NCBI GenBank assembly: GCA_973895155.1
Contig: OZ316895.1
Span: forward strand, 1 to 64,000
Direction of reading: 5' to 3'
Origin: Marsupella aquatica
Lineage: Eukaryota > Plantae > Marchantiophyta
DNA length: 64,000 bases
Shown: positions 25,501 to 37,953 of the stretch, piece by piece
Numbering within the stretch: the stretch's first letter is position 1
Layout of the letters: every line of letters begins with the position of its first letter
Notes under the pieces: model-generated
Database searches by the model: none
What the model was told of the DNA's origin: nothing
What the model saw: only the letters and a program-made list of their open reading frames with translations
Program-made: the position numbers and the translations under genes

Positions 25501-27219
25501 TATAAGCCAAGTTGACACTCTCCAGTTGGTCTAGCTTCAGCAGAGCTCTCCCGATTGACCCCAAAAGAGAGAGTCCTACCAGATTCAACTGTGTGACTCT
25601 GCCACTGCTCGGTCTGCAGATAACTCCGTTCCACTTGCATGGGTTGGAGTCGTTGTCATTCCAAGAACTAAGCACCGAGTTGGGATCGCTTGAAAACAAG
25701 CAGAGCCATTACATCGTCGCTGATGAGCGGCACTGCCCCTGCGCTTGCCACTCCGCCAAGAAGTAAATGCACCAGACATGAAACCCATAGCTAGCCTCCA
25801 GTCGCTGCCCGGACGTTTTTACAATGCTGTGAAATAGGTGAATACGGAGACCTCCGAGCAATAGGACGTGATTTCCTCAAGAGCGCCATTTCTGCGTTTG
25901 TTGATGACTCTCTCATGATTGGATCAAATGATCCCTCATCAGCTGCAGAATTGGCAACAAGCTGCTGTGGCGCTGCTCTCCTTTGTACTGCGGGTGGGAA
26001 GACCGAAATCTAGCGACATTTTCAAACCATGTATTGTGCAGCCGTTATGAGCAACTCGCATCCTTTGCTCACGAATTAACTGTCTCCTGTCACGCCCACG
26101 GTTTTGCTGCTGAACTCTGCAGTTTCAAACACTTCAACGTAGGCCTCTATAACTTTCTCTGGGCACTTCAAGGAGATGGATTCCAAACAGCCCTCCAACG
26201 GGATCTAATCACTGGGACTACACTTCAACGCCTACAACGTCACTACGCGCGCCACAAAGCGAAGGAAAGGAGTGACGAAAGAAATGCGGCAGAGCCCGGG
26301 AGGCTTGCCTTCAGCTCGGAAGCTCTTCACCAACAGTTCAGTCGCACCGACAAATCAAGTGCGAAACCTCTAATTTGGCCTACACTGTAGTACCTAGGAC
26401 TTCTGATTGCTGGTCTGATAGCTCGCAAGGTGCACTGTCAAATTCCCAGAACGCCACGTTCGACTGGCTCAGCTCGCTATCAAGAAGGACGGGCTTAGCC
26501 TTCTTGAGGTCCATCCACTTACGGTGACAATTCATCCGAGGAGAGCTCCTGGTCAAACTCTCGAGTCTCGTCCACCTTGAAGGAACCGGAGCTAACTCCT
26601 TTCCAACTTCCTTTCTTCAACTGCGCATGGCCAGCCTGCTCTACTTCTCTCAGCTTCACCGAGCGCTGTATCCTGTAAGCCTTCGTTAGACCTCACCGTT
26701 ACAATGTCCATCATTGGCAATTCGAACCTATACTGAAGGTTCTGTCCCCAGCCACAAAAATTGTTTTGCAGCCAGCATCATGATTCTTCAGACATGGAGT
26801 CTCTGCACAACCGCGTTGCTCGCTCGTTCCTGCTTATTGTCTCGTAATAGCTCCCAGGGATGTATCAATGGCAGCGAGACTCATGCGGCACTCGGCTTCG
26901 GTTGTTGTTCACTGCTCGCCATATCTCATAACGAGGCCAGAACCAGCAGCAGCACCAGTGGTACGAGCTCCCTCACGAGTCAAGTCCCTCCACGTAGTCC
27001 TCCTGCATTGCAGCACCGTGGAAAAGAAGCCTTGAAAACGCCCACAATCATAAGTGAGCACACCACGAGTCATCAATCCTCTCTTCTCTTCCCTTCTCCT
27101 CTCCACTCGATTCAACTCAACTCAACTACTGAACTCCCTCTCCTTTCTTTTCTCGAGACCATTGATGACTATGTCCCTCCTCTCTGTTCATGAGCGCTAC
27201 CCACGAAGTTTCAGGACCT
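22563..27219 (-). other. 4657-bp insertion (probable retroposed transcript) flanked by a 14-bp direct repeat
   Basis: ccgcttcatgaact occurs at 22549-22562 and 27220-27233. The minus-strand 3' end reads aattaaaaattttaaaaaag. Removing the insert rejoins NADK2 as ...RKAMSKFMKR|RKV. Confidence 0.85.
22926..25889 (-). pseudogene. LRR receptor-like kinase, LRR-VII (IRK/PXC2-like), full length but frameshifted
   Basis: Signal peptide, SDDVMALLVFK/DPNSVLSSWN cap, many LxxLxLxxNxLsGxIP repeats, TM segment ISAAAAIALGVIMVTLL, and a kinase with GRGGFG, VAVKK and SALGYMAPEFACQSLKITEKCDVYGFG. Several frameshifts are present and no intron is evident in the CDS. Confidence 0.93.
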
Positions 27220-28330
27220 CCGCTTCATGAACTTTGACATTGCCTTTCTGTTCAAGACATTCCGTACTGGCCTTTGAGCTTCAAAATGCATTCTGATTCA
27301 CATCAAACCGTCGAATATCACATTGGACGCTCAGGACACTCCCATTTGGAATGGCTTGCCCATCTTGCACAACACCAGCAGGAGAAAATTCCTTATCACC
27401 AGAAAGGGAGCCATCATTCGAGTCGGACGAACCTGTGATACCTCCGTTGCTGGCTTTCTCAGGAACAGAAACGTGACCATTTTCACTTGTCTTGATTGCA
27501 TTCTCCAGAGTCAAGGCATCTTCCTGTGAAATTCTGACAGCGTCGTCCACGCTAAGCACCTCAAGGCCACCGGTCATAGTCTCAGCGGTTCCCCTTTTCG
27601 CTACACCAGCCTCCGTTTGTTTCGGAGAGCAACTTCTCGCCACCTGGAGACCATAGCAGACGCTCTGCCTACTCCAGCTCGAGTGTGAAGGTAAAGAGGC
27701 TTGTTACCATCATCAGCCACCAGCAGGGCAAATTCCTCGACTTGGTCCTTAGACAATGCACTTCCCTCTCAACCGGGATTCTGACCACTTTCAGCTTTCC
27801 AGACGCTACTGCGTCAGGGAGAGCACTCCGGGTTGTGGGTTGGGCAGAGCCTTCCCTCAAATCCACAAGTTTTCAATCCCTTTTCCACCAGCCAGCTTAG
27901 CCCTGCCTTAGTGATGGTCCCCACCTCGCCAGAAAGCCACATTTTCATCCTTGTAAAGGGATCGTGCACTTTTGGAAGACCGAAGCCTGACGGGTGCAAG
28001 GTTGGGGATATCAGCAGAACTAGGGATTCCCTGGAAAACCAGCATCCAGGCAGGCATTCTTCAGTTTCAGCATCCTTTCCTGAGCTTCCAAGCCTTGCTG
28101 AGAATCAGAGGGCACGAGGGATTCGAGAGCCCCCTCTATAGTCAAGGAACAAGCTCTTACTTCTTTTCTGAGCTCAGCAAAAGGAGGAAGGTCATCTGGC
28201 GATACCTCCTCGGCAAGATTGGCTCTTCCCATTGTCCCCATTCCAAGCACGTTTTCCTTACCTTCATTTAGTATGGCCATAAGGTGTGCTAGACCAGAAG
28301 CAACCTTGTCCTCCACCAATAACACATCCC
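27220..28330 (-). pseudogene. NADK2: chloroplast NAD kinase 2, upstream piece (N-terminal regulatory region)
   Basis: EDKVASGLAHLMAILNEGK...LPPFAELRKEVRAC...LKLKNACLDAGFP...GLSWLVEKGLKT...VDLR...DAVASGKLKVVRIPVE is colinear with recalled plant NADK2. The piece is frameshifted. Confidence 0.87.
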
Positions 28331-28380
28331 CGTGGTAAGGTCCCAGGGTCTTCTTATTTTCGTTCGCAGTGGTGGTGTGG

Positions 28381-28840
28381 GTGCGGAGTGCACCCTGTAT
28401 GCTAGGTTGTTTGATTAATCCCTGCCCACTTACTGAGTGTTCAGGCAATAGCTTATGCACGCATCATAATATTGACGTACTGAGTGTTCAGTCAATAGCT
28501 TATGCACACATCATAATATTGTTTGATGCCATGGAATGACATGCTATTTGTGTAGTGACATCTACTTGTAGGAAACAAATCTTCATTGTTTACAAACTTG
28601 ATTCATGCTTGTGCGGAGTGCACCCTGTATGCTAGGTTGTTTGATTAATCCCTGCCCACTTACTGAGTGTTCAGGCAATAGCTTATGCACGCATCATAAT
28701 ATTGACGTACTGAGTGTTCAGTCAATAGCTTATGCACACATCATAATATTGTTTGATGCCATGGAATGACATGCTATTTGTGTAGTGACATCTACTTGTA
28801 GGAAACAAATCTTCATTGTTTACAAACTTGATTCATGCTT
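28381..28840. repeat. apparently perfect tandem duplication, 2 x 230 bp
   Basis: gtgcggagtgcaccctg...gattcatgctt starts at 28381 and again at 28611. Each unit contains an internal ~47-bp repeat. Confidence 0.93.
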
Positions 28841-29721
28841 GTTTCATAGCAGTCCTTGCATTAATTAAAGCATCAATGTGCACTTAGTTAAGAAAACTAC
28901 TATTGGGGAAAAAATTTACCTTGCCATAAGGGTACTCTATTTGGATGGCAGTTTTTACTGCAAAAGTGAGGAGGTCTGGCTGGGATGGGACACCTTTTAA
29001 TATTCATTGGGTTTGCGCATTCTTTTTTCCAGGAGTTATTGAATCTTAAGCCATAAATTGCTGACTAGTTTGTTCAAGATGACTCCGGAATTCAATGAAT
29101 CCAATATATACTAGATGGACTAGGTCTATGCAACTAGGTTAGGTTCTCTCTTCTGACGATGTTGTCATTATTATAACAAAAATTAAAGATCTTTATTTAT
29201 TATAGTACATTTACAAAATCATGTACAATTTAGGGTAGAAAAATGAATTAATCTACCCAAATTTTGACTTCCTTAGTCCAATTTCAACTCACAACTTTCC
29301 AACCATATTTTGATAACCTACAATTAATTTTTATAGTTAATTTTTGGTTACATGCATAAATGGTCTTAGTGTACACATATATGACATTGAAATGTACAAT
29401 TTATTATGCAACCTTGAGCATTATCATTGCAATGACAATCATTCTTTTGAATCCCATGGGGAAAGCTTTGTATTTTATCTCATTCATATCCTTGTATGAA
29501 ATGGTGTTGTAGAGTTCTTTTGGCTCTTCATATGTTCACAGAATCAAGGTGTAGGGTGAACAATTGTAGCAATGCATCACATCTAGACTGTGTGGGCTCA
29601 CCAAACTAAAGGTATGGCTGGTGTCCATCCTATACACACTGACACTTCCAATTCATTTTGATTATAGCAAATGTTTTTCCAGTATGTCAACTAAACTACA
29701 ACGTCTTATTGGTTTGTAGGC

Positions 29722-30405
29722 ATGGCACGTAACAAACAGAAGGCCAAGAAACCTAAAACGAAGGTGAGCAACACGTAGGTGTCTTGGACAGATTGTGAGA
29801 AGTTCTCCAGGAGTCAAGTGTTATCAGAAGGCAACTCATTGTTGTGCCATTTGTGATGATGGTGGGGGCTTGGTTATCTGTGATGGCCCATGCATGAGGC
29901 ATTTCCACTTGAACCCTAAGTCTGACCTTGCTAGTATAGAGAATAATTTTCCAGGGGTGGGCCTCCCCTCTGCACACCAGGGAGCCTGGATGTGCATTGA
30001 TTGTGTAGAGAAGCAGGCTAAGTGTGCACAATGTGGGAAGTTGGGATCTTATGAGAGCTCTATTGATGTCAGACCAGTTGTTAGGAAATGCCCTGACAGA
30101 TTTTGTGTGAGATTTTATTGTTTGTCATGTTTGCTACTCATGCTACACTTTGCCCACTTCATACATGCAAGGCATGTGGTGAGCATGATGATGAGTATTG
30201 GAAAAACATAGTCCATTGTGTTAGGTGTCCCACAATGTGGCATTATCATTGCTTGAAGGAGCGTCAGACAGAAGGCTATGCTTGTGACAGAGAAATCTAT
30301 GATCACTCTGCACATGGTGTTGATCGATGGATCTTTTATTGTCATCGTCATCCCATCGATCCTACTTTGCGCATTCCTGTCAGAGATCACATATCTTGGC
30401 TTTGA
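29722..30405 (+). pseudogene. stand-alone EDM2-like composite PHD-finger gene, frameshifted near 30130
   Basis: CAICDDGGGLVICDGPCMRHFH...CIDC...CAQCGKLGS...C...C.RFY..SC / CPLHTCKAC...CVRCPTMWHYHCL...IFYCHRHPIDPTLRIPVRDHI follows the recalled EDM2 PHD block, including the terminal PVRDH motif. Confidence 0.8.
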
Positions 30406-31664
30406 TGTTGAACAAAGTGGGTTGGCATAGTGCCCCTGATGTGGATGTATTGTTCGGAAATTGTAGAGAGTTCATTTTTGATCAGAAGAACCATCAAGAC
30501 ATTAGACAACAGTTATCTTGTGCTTACATGTGGTTGGGTACATGCCTCTAAAAAATTTCCTTAGCTTTCCAGGATCTCTTCAGACTCAACAATCATTTTG
30601 AAAATTAATAAAATCTATCATAAACTTATTATTATTTCATAAACTCTTGAAAATTAAGCTTCACACCCTAACTTGGGTGTATGGCCAGGTTGACATTTTC
30701 CCTCCCTATCATTCTTATTGTTTGGAGAACATGATTGACAGTTTTGAAGTCAATTCTGGTGTATTATCCTTTCCTTTTAATTAGTAGATATTTAAAAATA
30801 GAAGGGTTTGCAGAACACATCACATCATTTCATTATATTGAGTTTATGATGGTTTTATTGCATTTTGCTTTGAACTTTTTATTGAATACTCCACATTTCT
30901 CAGATTGCACAAGGGGATCTGGTTGACATTGGGATGACTTTGTGGGTGCAAAATCTACTTCCTTTAGTAGTTGGGAAGCTATCGGCCCTCTTTCACAAGA
31001 TATTGCCTTACAGTTCATTCAAAAGTAAGTTGGCTTCAAGCACTATTGTTACCAATGATATGAAGCTCTACATGCACTTGGAGAAATGAGTTTTAGTTTT
31101 AGGTTTCTTGTCATTGTTTTTGGTCATCCTCAAGACACTAAATCCTTTTAGTGTTCTGTGCAGTGTCATTCATGTCAACATTGTACAAATATTGAGGCGA
31201 GACCAAGGAAAGAACTGTACACTCCTTGGGACAAATCAATAGTAGATTTATGAAGGTGAGTACCTCAACATCAAAATTCCCCCTTTCTTCCCACCTACAT
31301 GTTGAATTATTCATAAATCTAATGATAAAAATTACAACTTACGGCATTTCGGTACTCAGATCTGAAATGGTTTGTGTACTATTTGACTGGAATTGTAATT
31401 TTTACTGAATTGAAATTAGAAGAAAAAAAATTAGTGGATTTGTTTACTACAGTGTGGAAAGATCTAAAAAAAATGGACACCATAAAATTGAAGTTTACAC
31501 TTTATTGGATTCTTTGTTATGAAAACATTCTTGAATTTTTTGTTAGAAAAGTTCTTAAACTAAAGTCCTCAAGGTTTTGAAGGACACTATTTTTGAATGG
31601 CTATCAAAGATCTCATATTTTGGACATGGTTACAATTATTTCTATTTTCATTGTTCCCCGTGTG

Positions 31665-32055
31665 AATGAGGGTACTCTTATCTCCTGAGGGTACCCTTGT
31701 GCATGAGGGTACTCTTGTCAGTGAGGGTACTCTTATCAATGTGGTACATTTATCAACGATGGTACTTAATTAGATCAATGAGGGTACTCTTATCAGCGAG
31801 GGTACTCTTATCAATGGGTACGCTTATCAATGAGGATACTCTTATCTCCTGAGGGTACCCTTGCGTATGAGGGTACTCTTATCAATGAGGGTACTCTTAT
31901 ATCAACAAGAGTACTCTTATCAATGGGTACGCTTATCAACAATGGTACTTTGATAATGAGGGTACCCTTGTCAGTGAGGGTACTCTTATCTCCTAAGGGT
32001 ACCCTTGTGTTGGGTCTTGTGCATGAGGGTACTCTTATTAATGAGGGTACTTTTA
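31665..32055. repeat. minisatellite array with core GAGGGTAC(T/C)CTTATC
   Basis: Same array as 10985-11472 but with a different unit count. Confidence 0.9.
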
Positions 32056-34711
32056 TTAGTCATAGCAAGCAACAAAGCGGACAGGGAACCCCATGAAGGC
32101 GCCCCGCGTCGGCAGAAGGACTCCGAACGTACTGAAAAGACCCTAAACCTCACTACACCAACATTTTGGGTATTGCATGGACAAATACTGGCCGAAGTAC
32201 ATGCCTAAATTTACCTGCTCTGTCTTAGTTCCCTAAGCCAGGGGCAATTTTTTTCATCAAATCCATACGTTGTATCCTAGTTTTTTTCACACATGATGTA
32301 AACCTACATAATGTGAAAGTGGGAGAGAAGAAAAATAGCAAAAACCAAAGCAAGCGAAAAAAATTCAGCTTTTTCCAGGAAGAAAAAAAAACTTCACCTT
32401 CAGGGGGGAAGGAAAAAAAACTCCAACTTCAAGCGCTAGGGAAAAAAACTTGAGGGAGGGCAGGGAAGGAAAAACAATTTGAGCTTCAAGAAAGGGAAAC
32501 TTTAAGATTTTAGACGATAGGAAAACTTCAGGTAAGAGTCAAATATTTTTTTGTAGTATTTGTAAATTAAAGTCGGGAGTTTTGAACGTATCTATTCTCT
32601 TCGGTGAATTTATTTTGGCTACCTTGTTCCCCAGAAAGGCAAGCATTGTGCGTCGGTTGAAGTGCAAAGAAGATAGGACGGTATTTTCTTTCCTGGGTAT
32701 CGACCAATAGACACATTATTAAAATATGGGGTACCATTTATTCTAGTAAACAATTCTCTCATTACATTCAATATAAATGGACCCTAAACTCCCCCTACCC
32801 CATTCTGGTGTCATTTAGTTTTACTCCTCAACACCTCCGTATCTATTTCATACTCACATTATACATTTTTATTTTTACCGTCAACCCTAGATTTTCAGAA
32901 CCTAGAAGGGACATGTGAGGCACACTTCACATAAATCAAAATTTAATTTTCCCCGGTCCCACATGACCTGCCAATTTTCCCTTGCACTGGACATTGGCAT
33001 CTAGATAAAAAACACTACTCAAATAGATGGTTGTACAACATAACAAATGTGTTGTACAACACCTCATTCGTGGCCAAAAACTCATTTGTGGCCGAAGACT
33101 TTAGGAAGACTTTGTAACAAACAGACTTCCTACTTTACCTAACCTGCATGATTACATCATGTCATCGCGATTATAGTCTTGTGTCCATGTATGTAAAACC
33201 CCACATTTTTACAGCCCGGCTTAGTACATTCCTGAATACATTCATTCGAACTTTAATTAATTATAGGATTACCCCAGCTTTTGTATCCATGTGTATGGCA
33301 CAAATCTTGAACATTAATTAATGTACATTTATTGATGGATAAGATTACCCCAACTTTTGTATCCGTGTGTATGGCACAATATCCTAAGATTAACCTGTCT
33401 AGTATATTGCTTCGTGATTGGATTACCCCGAGGTTCGGACGTATTCCTAACATTAACCTTAGTCGTACATTACTCGATTATTAGATTACCCTGGCTTGTG
33501 CATGATATCCACGTATATGGCCCAATTTCCTAATATGAACCATAATACCGCATTACATGACCTCAACTTTTGTATCTCTTATTGACAATGGCCGTTTATC
33601 ATGTAAACAGTGTCAAGAGTGTGTGGTTTTCTCAAAATACTCAGCCTTGTTCTTTTTCTTTAAACAGTGTTGTGTGGGTTTATCAGAATACTTGGCCTTG
33701 TTCCTTTACAGATGAACACCTATTAAGATTAAGAGTGTACCAAGGGTTAGCGCGAGGTGCAATACAATGCCCACAACAAGATAGATTAGGCAACCATACT
33801 ACCCTGCTGTGCCTGTTTGTTCCCAAACAAACCTTCACCCCTACTAGAAGGTTGCCCATTCAACCTCCTTACAGTAGCAGGCTGAACAGAAATCAACATT
33901 CTATATCAATCAACATCCGCCACAATGTTAATTCACTTTTTGAAGAGGGGAAAAAAGTTCAGTTGAATTCAAAATGGTGAATTCTTGCTCAAGCCAAAAA
34001 CGTCATCCACTCCACAAAAGTTTCTATTCATGTAAGGAAATAGTTCTTCAATGTTGAACGAAGACTTCTCTGAGCAACATCACATCATGTGCTCAGCGTG
34101 AAGAGTCCTGGTGATAAACTTGCTGCTGGTTTCTACTCCCCAAGGGATCCAACGTTCAGCTCCCGTGCACCTGTCAGAGGTAGGTTTTAATTGTACTCAT
34201 GTATCCTCATCCGATCACTACAAGCAAGGGCAATGTCAAGGTAGCAACCATATTCAGCTACATCTTAAATGACCATATGTTGCATCACCTACAATCATCT
34301 ATACAAAAGTTCAGCTTAGTTACGCTTCAATTTTGTGTACGAGGATGTGTAAAATCTGCAAATGAACTATAACAGTAATAAGAGCACCAGACTTTGAGCT
34401 GCTCACCATCTACAGGGGATATTTGTGGACCACATTATACCCAAAGCGCGAGTTTTTAGTGTTGCACCCACAAAATTCACCACCTACACCATGAATTGAT
34501 GACAAATCCAATTAATTTCCCCATACACACAAGAGAAGACAACAGTTCCAGCTTATCATGGGAATACCACACATCCCGAGTGGTACTGAATATGCAATCA
34601 ATGAGGTCACACTTTTGCATCCATCCACAACAATTCACCTTGCAATCATGAAATGGGCGAGACCGTACCCTGCCTGTCATTGTGCTTTTGGTAAATTTTG
34701 CCAAATGCACC

Positions 34712-35571
34712 TCAGCTTCCTCCTCTTTGACTGCCTTCTAACTTTGATTCCAATGACTGAAGTTTACATTGAATAGGTTGAGGTTGGGTTTCCCTTCTTG
34801 TAGTACCCTCGTTGCCAACATTTGGCCCCGATATAAGGCTTTCCCATAAAAATCCCCAATGTAGCAACAACTGTGTAATAGCAGTCCCACAATAAGCGGG
34901 GAACGCCTTTGACTCACGAACATTCCTCATACCTTGAAGGTGTTTCTTGAATTTATTTATTTCCAAAGCCAATTCATCGTAAACTAAATCACTCCAATCT
35001 GGTAGCAATTTTGGCACAGGGCCTGCTAGTCTTTTTTCCTTCGGCAAAGTACCACACAAATACCAGTAGAAATAACTCAATTGTTTCGCTGATAACTGTG
35101 AAGGCTTCTCCTTACCCAGCAGAATTTCCTGCACCACTCTAATTGCCCCAGACCATCTATCATACGAAGCTCTCAAAAGCTTTAAACTATAGGGATTCCC
35201 TCTTATTCATGGACAAACAAACAAATCATTGAATTCAGGACAGTGCATTCGCTGCCTGTACTTGGCGAATGTACCAGATGCAGCTTGAATGCCGCACGTA
35301 ACACATCTTGTGTGATTTTCAATGAACATCCTCGGAATTCACTGGATTTTGATGCATAATCAAATCCCAACACAAACTCCTTCACCCCACATACGGCTGT
35401 TATGTTGTAATCAATCCCAAAAGTTTGTTGCAGACCAAGGTTGAAAATCATTGACGATCGAGTTGGATCACCTCCCACCAAACTGCGAATTCGTTCCGGT
35501 GTGCAGGAATGCCACAACGTTCCAGTGCCGCCTGTTTCAATTCCAACCCACAGATTGTCAAAATGTTCCAC
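34712..35571 (-). pseudogene. plant transposon accessory protein (Athila-ORF / 'putative plant transposon protein'-like), disrupted and probably multi-exon
   Basis: VKEFVLGFDY...FRGCSLKITQDVLRAAFKL and DWSDLVYDELALE...AYCGTAITQLL show the same motif pattern as MTEFVRNYD...LRGRSMSLTEERLRMIFGL and RWASYFAKKFHEE...AYFASHIKIIL in ORF 61902-63692. Confidence 0.55.
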
Positions 35572-36109
35572 ATATCATCACTAAACCGCAATGCAAAATT
35601 CAACTATATGCAATGACGACCAACTATTAAGTATTGTAATCCAAACCTTCCTTTTCCACCTCCTTGTAGGGCTGGACCTCGTCGTAAGGTGACTCTGCCT
35701 TGTCCTCCATGTTTTGGATCTGCTGTGCTTGAAATTCACTTCTGTCGTATGAAAGGTAGTCCAATTAAGTAAACCCTAATCCTATCACCAACACATTGCC
35801 ATGAGCAACTCATGAGGCTTACTCGACGGAAGGAGGGTATTGACACGCAAGGAGCCTCTCAAAACATGACAGATTCCATTTCTGCAAAGCTGCTTGTTGC
35901 TCTATTGGATGCTGTCAATCCATGTACTTAAACTTAAACTCCTTGTTGTGAAGAAACGTTCCCTTTGTTATGAAGCGTCTTGTCCAAGTCACTGCCAACC
36001 TTTCTGGAATCCAGAAGATGCGAACTAAAATGCTCCTATATTGTCGGCACCCCATAAGCACCAAAGTTGTGCACAGTTGGTGCTCGGGTAAAGGGCGTTG
36101 TACAGTCCT

Positions 36110-37640
36110 TCTGCATTACCCGAGCACACTGTGGCTATGCGTTATAGAATACCCCATCCCTCGTACCCCCAACCTTCAAAGTACTGTAATTTGATACATA
36201 CATACCCTTTGGTGTACATTTGACATTATTTTGCATTACCCCAGCACATGCTGGCTGTGCATTTTGGAATACCCCATCCCTCGTACCCCCCAACCTTCAA
36301 AATACTGTAATTTCAAACATACATACCCATCTGAGCACATGGGCATTTGCATTACCCCAGCACATGGTAGGTGTGCATTTTGGAATACCCCATCCCTGGT
36401 ACCCCCAACCTTCAATACTGTAATTTGATACATACATACCCTTCGGTGCACATTGACATTTGCACTACCCCAACACATGGTGGCTGTGCATTTTGGAATA
36501 CCCCATCCCTCATACCCCCAACCTTCAAAATACTGTAATTTGATACATACATACCCTTCGGTGCACATTGACATTGTTTTGCATTACCCCAGAACATGGT
36601 GGCTGTGGGTTTTGGAAAACCCCATCCCTCGTACCCCCCAACCTTCAAAATACTGTAATTTGATAATACATACCCTTTGGAACACATTGGCACTTGCATT
36701 ACCTCATGGTGGTTGTGCGTTTTGGAATACCCCATTCCTTGTACCCCCCAACCTTCAAAATACTGTAATTTGATACATACATACCCTTGGAAGCACATTG
36801 GCACTTGCATTACCCCAGCACTTGGTGACTATGCGTTTTGGAATACCCCATCCCTCGTACCCCCCAACCTTCAAAATACTGTAATTTGATATATACATAC
36901 CCTTCGGAGCACATTGGCACTTGCATTACCCCAGCACATGGTGGCTGTGCGTTTTGGAATACCCCATCCCTCGTACCCCCCAACCTTCAATACTGTAATT
37001 TGATACATACGTACCCTTTGGTGCACATTTACATTTGCATTACCCCAGCACATGGTGGCTGTGCATTTTGGAATACCCCATCCCTCATACCCCTCAACCT
37101 TCAAAATACTGTAATTAATTTGATATATACATACCCTTCGGAGCACATTGGCACTTGCATTACCCCAGCACATGGTGGCTGTGAGTTTTGGAATACCCCA
37201 TCCGTCGTACCCCCCAACCTTCAAAATACTGTAATTTGATATATAGATACCCTTTGGAGCACATTGGCACTTGCATTACCCCAGCACATGGTGGCTGTGC
37301 ATTTTGGAATACCCCATCCGTCGTACCACCCAACCTTCAAAATACTGTAATTTGAAACATACATACCCATCCGAGCACATGGACATTTGCATTACCCCAA
37401 CACATGGTGGCTGTGCATTTTGGAATATATACCCCATCCCTCATACCCCTCAACCTTCAAAATACTGTAATTTGATATATACATACCCTTCGGAGCACAT
37501 TGGCACTTGTATTACCCCAGCACATGGTGGCTGTGAGTTTTGGAATACCCCATCCCTCATACCCCCCAACCTTCAAAATGTTGTAATTTGATACAAACAT
37601 ACCCTTTGGAGCACATTGACATTTGCATTACCCCAGCACA
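36110..37640. repeat. tandem array of ~116-bp units (about 13 plus a partial unit)
   Basis: Units beginning gcattacccc start at about 36112, 36232, 36348, 36461, 36580, 36695, 36806, 36922, 37036, 37155, 37272, 37388, 37507 and 37624. Confidence 0.95.
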
Positions 37641-37848
37641 TAATTATATACAAGCCATCCGGATAGTGCACTTGTGATGCCCGTTGAACTCAAATTGCCA
37701 TCGGAAGCTATGGACAGATTGCTTGACAGAATTCCACAATTACTTGTTATACTGTATAGTTGATATATTCTTGTGTTCATTTTTCCTGTCCATTTGGAAA
37801 TTGCACAAATTAACAAAAGTATCCATATGGGTCTGTCATCGTAGAAAG
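37634..37848. repeat. ~210-bp dispersed direct repeat (second copy at about 40762-40971)
   Basis: agcacataattatatacaagccatccggatagtgcacttgtgatgc...catcgtagaaag is present in both places. Confidence 0.85.
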
Positions 37849-37953
37849 TGATGACATCAAGTCAATTTTGAGCACTCCCTCGGAGGTGTAATTGTTCAGC
37901 ATTTGTAAATACCTCGCACTATATATCACGACTGTACACATTGAATTAGTTCT

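Noticed and set aside
36220-37591. Many overlapping Cys/His/Pro-rich ORFs
   Set aside because: They are translations of the 116-bp tandem repeat in several frames, broken by unit indels.
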